64,000 nucleotides of DNA from a bacterium (lineage in GTDB: Bacteria > Electryoneota > Electryoneia > Electryoneales > Electryoneaceae): assembly GCA_963669175.1 (NCBI GenBank), contig OY769902.1, positions 1,600,001-1,664,000 of the forward strand, read 5' to 3'. A model generated the notes under the pieces. It had not been told where the DNA came from. It was given only the letters and a program-made list of their open reading frames with translations, and made no database searches. The stretch's first letter is position 1; the number at the start of each line of letters is the position of its first letter. A program made the position numbers and the translations under genes. Of the stretch, positions 58,109 through 64,000 are shown one piece after another.

Positions 58109-58939
58109 CTAGGTGAATAGAGGATTTCCGACACAGTAGTTCAGAAATTCCGTATGCGCCTTATCGCCTCTCAGGATCAAGTCAACTGCCTGGTCCAGTT
58201 TGTCCAGTTCTTCCCTGTCAAGATTGGCGTATTTCTTTTCGGAAAGCTGAAAATCGGTCCAGGGCAAGACTTCATCCTGCATCAGATCATGGATGTCGCA
58301 AAGCAGTGCAGAAAGGACGAACTCCCAGCCGCCTTCCCACCCATCTCCCATGATACCAAAAGCATTGGTGTTCAGCTTGCGCTTCCGGCATTGCAGCCAT
58401 ACCTCAGCGCCTGACATGAATCCTGCTGAAGACACATCCAGAGCATCAATCTGAAATCGTTCCCTGGCCAGCAACGGATTCATCTCCGTGTCAATCCGTG
58501 TCCATTGCTGACTGTTTTCATTCCAGTATTCACAAATAGAATGATCTTCGTGCTGTTCTGGATGCATATACATTTCGAATCCGTGCCGCACTCGTGCCGG
58601 TATCCCGGAGTGCCGAAGCAGTGCGCAGGTGAGAACGGCGTGGTGAGTGCAAATGCCGATAAGACGGTGTTCAGGTGGGCGGAAATGAGATATAGGTCTT
58701 TCATCCATCCGTAACACTATTGGTACAAGTTGTGATACTTCCAGGGTGTTGATTTCACGTTGAAGATCACGATCGGTAAAGGAAGCGACGTATTGCGATA
58801 CCATATCAACGGGAAGCACCAATCCTTTCACTATGGAAAAGATGGCTTCCGGATCGGGTTCAATCATACCGAACCACTCTTTCGTGTCGCCAGGATCGGT
58901 GACAACACTATGGATACTGTAGTACTCTTGAGGTGACAT
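58109..58939 (-). CDS. Transglutaminase-like superfamily protein
   Basis: GICTHHAVLTCALLRHSGIPARVRHGF...HEDHSICEYW...WTRID gives a Cys-His-Asp triad. Confidence 0.88.
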   Translation of the reverse strand: MSPQEYYSIHSVVTDPGDTKEWFGMIEPDPEAIFSIVKGLVLPVDMVSQYVASFTDRDLQREINTLEVSQLVPIVLRMDERPISHFRPPEHRLIGICTHHAVLTCALLRHSGIPARVRHGFEMYMHPEQHEDHSICEYWNENSQQWTRIDTEMNPLLARERFQIDALDVSSAGFMSGAEVWLQCRKRKLNTNAFGIMGDGWEGGWEFVLSALLCDIHDLMQDEVLPWTDFQLSEKKYANLDREELDKLDQAVDLILRGDKAHTEFLNYCVGNPLFT

Positions 58940-59157
58940 GGTAAGATTTCTCCCAGTCTTTTAGGGGCAATTCTCATGAACAATGTAAGAAAATGAGAAA
59001 AGTTCGCTATTCAAGTGCTCCACCTTCGGTGGACATGAAAAGTGATCTGGTCTAACCTGTTGTCGTTATACGGATACGCCTACCCACACGAAGTAGCGAG
59101 GCGCCAAGATACGAAGAGTCTGGCTCTAAAAACGTAATCAGCCACATCCAATCAGTG

Positions 59158-59190
59158 AAAAAACGGCTCACTTCATCGGAAGTGAGCCGT
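59158..59190 (-). terminator. Intrinsic terminator of the ankyrin gene
   Basis: A-run followed by ACGGCTCACTTC-ATCG-GAAGTGAGCCGT. Confidence 0.8.
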
Positions 59191-59222
59191 CCAAAGTTCA
59201 AACAAAATGAATCGCCACTACC

Positions 59223-61439
59223 CTATTTCCCATCCTGTTTTTCCTGCTGTGTTTCAGGTGCAGGGGCGGCGTCTGCCGGGGGCGCCGGTTTTTCCATTTC
59301 GACAGCGCCGTGTGCGACCAGGTAATCACGCATTTCCGCGGTCTGGGCGCGTGGGATCGGGGATTGCAGGCTGACCATCAGCGGGGTGTTGCCGAGTTGG
59401 TCAACACGGTTGACATCGGCGCCATGTTCCACCAGCAGTTGCACCACATTAAACGAATTCCGCCATGCCGCAAGGTGTAATGCGGTTGCTTTGTAGCTGT
59501 CTTCTACCTCGATATTCAGGCCGCCATCGAGCAGGGCTTCCGCGGCTGGACGGGCGTCGGTCCAGGCGGCGTAATGCAGCGGGCTGGCATGGTTCGAGTT
59601 GAAGACCTCCAGCTTTGCGCCATGTTGGGTCAGCCAGCGAATTGCGCCCGGTTTATTCTCCCAGGCGGCGTAGTGAATGGGACGTTCCATCCGACGGTCC
59701 GCGGCATTCACATTCGCGCCTTTATCTACCAACTGTTCCAGGATTCCCATATCGCCGATCTTGGCGGCAAGGTGGATGGGCGTATCGCCTTCCTTGTCAG
59801 GAACATTGGGATCTGCGCCATGCTCGAGCAGATAGGTTACCTGTTCACGTTTGACCTCGGTGATCGCATGATGCAGCGCGGTCATGCCATCCTTGTCGGC
59901 AGCATTGATATCCGCGCCATGTTCCAGGAAGAAGTTTGTCATCTCAAAGCCCTCGTTCTGCAGGGAGAGGGAGATGACGTTGCGACCGTATTTGTCCTTG
60001 GCTTTGATATCCGCCCCACGTTCCAGCAGCAGCGTCGCGACATCCATCGACTTGTCGCTGGTGGCATAGAGCAGGGGAGTGGCTTCAAACTTGTTCCGCG
60101 CTTCAATCTCCGCGCCCTTGTCCAGCAGGAAAGTGGTCATTTCCAGGTCGTTTTCCATGACCGTCTGATGCAACGGAGTAAACTGGTTCCGGTCCGGGAT
60201 ATTGATGTTTGCGCCCTTCTTGATAAGCAGCTCCGCCATGTCGGTATGCTTGTCCTTGATGGCGATCATCAACGGGGTTTCAGCGGCGTTGTTGTGAGCG
60301 TTCACATTGGCGCCCTTTTTCAACAACAACTTGGCAATATCAATACTGTTGTGGTAGGCGGCAGCATGAAGCGGCGTTTCATCTTTTTCGCTGGTAGAAT
60401 CAATCTTCGCGCCACGCTTAATGAGCAGCTTTGCTACATCCATCGATCCGGTACGAGCGGCGTCGTGCAGCGGAGTCTCACCCTGGTAACCGCTGACGAT
60501 ATTGACATCCACTCCGGCATCGAGCAGCAGTTTGGCGACTTTCTTCGAGTTGGTGCGTGCGGCAAGATGCAGCGGGGTAAAGCCCTGAAAATTCATCTCG
60601 GTCAGGTCCGCGCCGTGCTCGATGAATTCTTTTGCCAGGGAAGCGTCATCCGTTTCACATGCATCGAAGAAAGTCTTGATATTCAGATCAGCGCCTGCTT
60701 CCATCAGCAGTTCACGCATTTCTGTCAGGTCACGATTTTCATCGCTCCGTGCCTTTCGCAAGGGAGTTTCGCCTTCGTTGTCCTGGGCATTGACATTTGC
60801 GCCGTGCGCCAGGAGCAGTTTGGCGGAGTCTATAGCGCCATACCCGGCAGCCAGGTGCAGGGCTGTAGCGCCGTAGTTGGTCACAGCGTTCACATCCGCA
60901 CCGTTGTCCAGCAGAACAGCTACGACATCGGCTTTATCATCTGCGGCGAAATAATGCAGGGGCGTATACCCCAGTTCATCAACTGCATTGATATCCGCGC
61001 CCAGCTTGATCAGGTGTTCGCAGGTGGCCGGGTTTGTGGCCATGTGAATGGGACGTGAGCCGACGCTGTTGATCGCAGTAATATCGGCGCCATATTCAAT
61101 CAGCAGGTCGATAAACTCAGGTGATCCGCCCCAGGCGGCAATGTGGATCGGTTGATTGCCGACAATGCCCTCTTCGGCGTCTACTTTTGCGCCGTTCTCC
61201 AGCAGCAGACGAGCGACTTCCACGGCATTGTGGCGCGCCGCAGTGTGCAATGGCGTATCGTTGATGCCATCCTGTTTTTTCTTAACACTGGCGCCTTCAT
61301 CGATCAGTTTCTGCACAGCTTCGACATCATTGTCTTCAACTGCCTTGAACAGGTCCGGTGTCTCCCCGGCAACCACGCCCCCGGCGAGTACCGCGACAAG
61401 CAGTATCAACAGGCTGTAATGGAATACAGAACGCTGCAC
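59223..61439 (-). CDS. Exported ankyrin-repeat protein (about 20 repeats)
   Basis: Signal peptide followed by repeated TPLHxAA...LLxxGADVNA units. Confidence 0.95.
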   Translation of the reverse strand: MQRSVFHYSLLILLVAVLAGGVVAGETPDLFKAVEDNDVEAVQKLIDEGASVKKKQDGINDTPLHTAARHNAVEVARLLLENGAKVDAEEGIVGNQPIHIAAWGGSPEFIDLLIEYGADITAINSVGSRPIHMATNPATCEHLIKLGADINAVDELGYTPLHYFAADDKADVVAVLLDNGADVNAVTNYGATALHLAAGYGAIDSAKLLLAHGANVNAQDNEGETPLRKARSDENRDLTEMRELLMEAGADLNIKTFFDACETDDASLAKEFIEHGADLTEMNFQGFTPLHLAARTNSKKVAKLLLDAGVDVNIVSGYQGETPLHDAARTGSMDVAKLLIKRGAKIDSTSEKDETPLHAAAYHNSIDIAKLLLKKGANVNAHNNAAETPLMIAIKDKHTDMAELLIKKGANINIPDRNQFTPLHQTVMENDLEMTTFLLDKGAEIEARNKFEATPLLYATSDKSMDVATLLLERGADIKAKDKYGRNVISLSLQNEGFEMTNFFLEHGADINAADKDGMTALHHAITEVKREQVTYLLEHGADPNVPDKEGDTPIHLAAKIGDMGILEQLVDKGANVNAADRRMERPIHYAAWENKPGAIRWLTQHGAKLEVFNSNHASPLHYAAWTDARPAAEALLDGGLNIEVEDSYKATALHLAAWRNSFNVVQLLVEHGADVNRVDQLGNTPLMVSLQSPIPRAQTAEMRDYLVAHGAVEMEKPAPPADAAPAPETQQEKQDGK

Positions 61440-61628
61440 CCGGCTATCCTCCCGTCAGATTTGTTGTGTGATGGTAAGTGAGCGTCGAAAATAGTGCCCT
61501 ATCAGCATGGGACATTTCTTTCGAGAGCCACTGTAGTTCTCACCAAAACAAGAGTGTACGGTATACACCCGGTTCCTGACAAGAGGTTCCAGAATGCAAA
61601 CTATATTGGTCAGACTCAGGGAGAATGA

Positions 61629-62975
61629 TCAGGAAAGCTTTACAGCAGCGCCGGTCTGGATGTTGTCGCCATCAATGGAAAGCTCCAGCCTTGCCGAACG
61701 CTCCAGTTTTTGAGCCTGTTTCTGCAACGGTGGAAGGATGGATTTCCAGTGGGGTATATCCTCGCTGAACACATGTGCCAGCGGCAACAGTGGCAATACC
61801 AGGTGCGAGACATCCATCAGGTTCTTCTTCGTAATCTGTTGCAGATCACGCTTTACAGTGCGCCATGAGGTCGAGATTTCGTAGGCTGCGTGGAACCGGT
61901 CGAGCCAACCGGCCTGGGCGCGCTGGAACGGTCCGGTTACGAGGACAACTGCACCCCCTCGCGCTCGATAGCTTCGCTTGCCACTCTCGCTGGCGAGTGA
62001 GGGCAGCGTGACCTCAAAACGGTTGGTAGTATCCACTGCCTGAATCGCTTCAGACAACTGCCGCCAGGGATAAAAACTGTCGAGGTTGCCAGACGGATCT
62101 TCTGCAAGGTCTCCTACCGGACACAGCCGGTGCATATCCAGGGGCAGGTGAACCGCGGGGATATACATTTCGGAAAGTGTGTTCAGCAGATGAAACAGCA
62201 ACGGAGCTGTCACAACGGTATGCGGCGCCGTAAGGCTGACGAAGATGGGGCGTTCATTCAAACGAATACCATTCAATACACCTGCGATTTTCTCTCCCAA
62301 CTCACGCAGCGGATCGAACAAGTCCAGCAAATCACGTATATCGCCAACCCAGGTTGAGGTGCCTTCCAGCTCTTTCCGGTTGCCGTACCCGTACAGCGCT
62401 CCTACCGAGGGAATGCCACACTTTTTGGCGGCATCCACATCGTAATAACGGTCACCGACCATCACCGCCGGACTGCCGAGTGTGGTGATAACTTCCTTCA
62501 GCATGTCCGCTTTGGTGGCGCCTTCCCTGTCCCCGATGCAGGCGGCCATGTCCAGACGATCACGGAGATTCTGGGTATTGATGACATCATCGAGATATTC
62601 ACGATTGCAATTGGATACCAGGCCCAGTTTGTAGCCACGGCGGCGCAGTTCGTCGAGTACGGTAGTCGTGCCCGGGAACATAATGCGATGATTCTGCAGG
62701 TAGCTGCGTTCATGCACTGCAGCAAGTTTATGAAATTCAGGCCATTCGTCCTTGAGATGATCCGGCAACATGGAACGATAAAAATCGTTTACCGGAGCGC
62801 CCAGCCAGGATTTCAGGTCGTCTTCAGTGAAGGACGGAGGATCAAGGTTTCGCTTGCCGAAAAAATCCGCCAATGCTCCACGCAGTGATTCCACGGCCAT
62901 CTTTCCACTACGAACCAGGGTGCCATCCATGTCAAACACGATGGTTCTGACACCGAACAAATCCGGATGTATCAT
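61629..62975 (-). CDS. HAD-family hydrolase fused to a degenerate nucleoside-kinase-like domain
   Basis: IVFDMDGTL, LVSN, K and VMVGDRYYD motifs, followed by a ~220-aa C-terminal extension; start probably ATG 62975. Confidence 0.85.
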   Translation of the reverse strand: MIHPDLFGVRTIVFDMDGTLVRSGKMAVESLRGALADFFGKRNLDPPSFTEDDLKSWLGAPVNDFYRSMLPDHLKDEWPEFHKLAAVHERSYLQNHRIMFPGTTTVLDELRRRGYKLGLVSNCNREYLDDVINTQNLRDRLDMAACIGDREGATKADMLKEVITTLGSPAVMVGDRYYDVDAAKKCGIPSVGALYGYGNRKELEGTSTWVGDIRDLLDLFDPLRELGEKIAGVLNGIRLNERPIFVSLTAPHTVVTAPLLFHLLNTLSEMYIPAVHLPLDMHRLCPVGDLAEDPSGNLDSFYPWRQLSEAIQAVDTTNRFEVTLPSLASESGKRSYRARGGAVVLVTGPFQRAQAGWLDRFHAAYEISTSWRTVKRDLQQITKKNLMDVSHLVLPLLPLAHVFSEDIPHWKSILPPLQKQAQKLERSARLELSIDGDNIQTGAAVKLS

Positions 62976-63168
62976 CTCTTCGCCTCGTTTTTTGCCTACG
63001 GCACAATACAGTGACAATGTAAGGATTCCATGAAGGGAGAGAAGGCCTTTCCACATGTCGGCAATGCAACTCGAAGAGTGGATAGGCAAGCGAAAAATGG
63101 GGCTGTTACCTTCTCGTGTCTCAAAACTTATAATCGTTCCCGAAGGTTTTTGCTGATTCGATAGTTAT

Positions 63169-63779
63169 CAGCCTGCTTCAGCAGGCTCTTTTCAGCACCC
63201 GGCTTCAGCCGGGGTGTTCGTGGTGTAAAAGAAGTGGTGAGCGCCCTTCAGGGTGCTTTCCGGAATCAGGATTTATACCCGGCAAGTACGCTAAAGCGCG
63301 CTCAAGATGATTATTGGCATCTTTTCACCCCGGCTGAAGCCCTGTCTCTTACCCACATCCTCTGAAAGCTTTATCAGCAAAAGGATTGTGGACATCGCAT
63401 TTTTAGAATCCCGGCGGGATTCCCTATTTTAGCATAGTGTACAGACCGTCTGTTTGGCCTGTACACTATGTCAGGATTTCTAACGAACAATCAACCCTGG
63501 AAGGGTTGCATAATGAGCAGTCAATATTAGTTTATTCAATTATTGCAGGTAATAACTTAATTTATATCCTTTATAAATCAATTGGGTATCAATTATACTT
63601 TATGCAACCCTTTCAGGGTTGATATGAGGTTTGATCTTTTTCGTAGGGTAGGCGCTAAACAGACAGCGCCTACCCTACGCTAAAATATCCCACCCCCACG
63701 GGGTGGCAGAAACACGAAGATGTGAGTAAGAGACAGGGCTGAAGCCGGGTGCTAAGAAGAGCAGGCTAAAGCCTGCTAA
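63169..63779. repeat. Symmetric REPIN (CCCGGCTTCAGCCGGG family) interrupted by MITE copy 3
   Basis: Left arm has three TTCA-loop hairpins; the right arm mirrors them with TAAA/TGAA loops. Confidence 0.75.
63342..63736. mobile_element. IS50/Tn5-like MITE, copy 3 (diverged)
   Basis: Ends CTGTCTCTTACCCACATC / AGATGTGAGTAAGAGACAG; 10-bp direct repeat GGCTGAAGCC on both flanks. Confidence 0.9.
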
Positions 63780-64000
63780 AACAACAAAATATGTTTTCAA
63801 AAGAGGGCAATCAGAGAGAATCAAATACTATACAAGACAGTTGTTTTGTGCCTGAAAGTAACTACCGCTAACCTGGAACGGAATAGACTTTCGTGAACGA
63901 CTATAAGGACACTCAAATTATTGTTGATAAATAGGTAACTGTACCAGATTTTTCGCCTGCTTTACATTCGAGATTGGCCGAAAATCTGGGATAGCTACCA

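Noticed and set aside
59574-61058. 494-aa ORF on the + strand
   Set aside because: Antisense shadow of the ankyrin gene with no recognisable motifs.
1-64000. tRNA, rRNA or prophage genes
   Set aside because: No cloverleaf, rRNA signature or phage structural gene was recognised by eye; not tested computationally.

Overview
Bacterial chromosomal window, probably from an FCB-superphylum-type diderm (inferred from a PNPFN-type C-terminal sorting domain, TolC, many lipoproteins and an LruC-domain protein). Housekeeping and metabolic genes: holB-ricT-metG, envC, pepF, rsgA, gadB, dpaL, ftcD, mrp, sufT-like, murG-mraY and a Yip1/TolC/MFP/ABC efflux operon. Accessory defence-like modules: Phd-RelE toxin-antitoxin, an ADP-ribosyltransferase-like gene with a small partner, RecQ-PRTase/DprA (PsyrTA/RqlHI) and an ABC-ATPase/DUF4276 pair. 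Intergenic spaces hold many REP-like hairpins and MITEs, often nested. Main observations: (1) a thioredoxin-TPR lipoprotein missed by the ORF track, with an in-frame UGA in a UxxC motif followed by a SECIS-like hairpin (candidate selenoprotein); (2) a ~396-bp MITE in three copies with Tn5/IS50-like 19-bp ends and 9-10-bp target duplications, each inserted in a REP-like repeat; (3) an IS110 remnant inserted into a REP, with a structured leader; (4) a candidate leader-peptide attenuator upstream of rsgA; (5) a MurG-HEAT fusion coupled to a stand-alone mraY. All calls come from reading motifs by eye; no database searches were run, and repeat boundaries are approximate unless stated.
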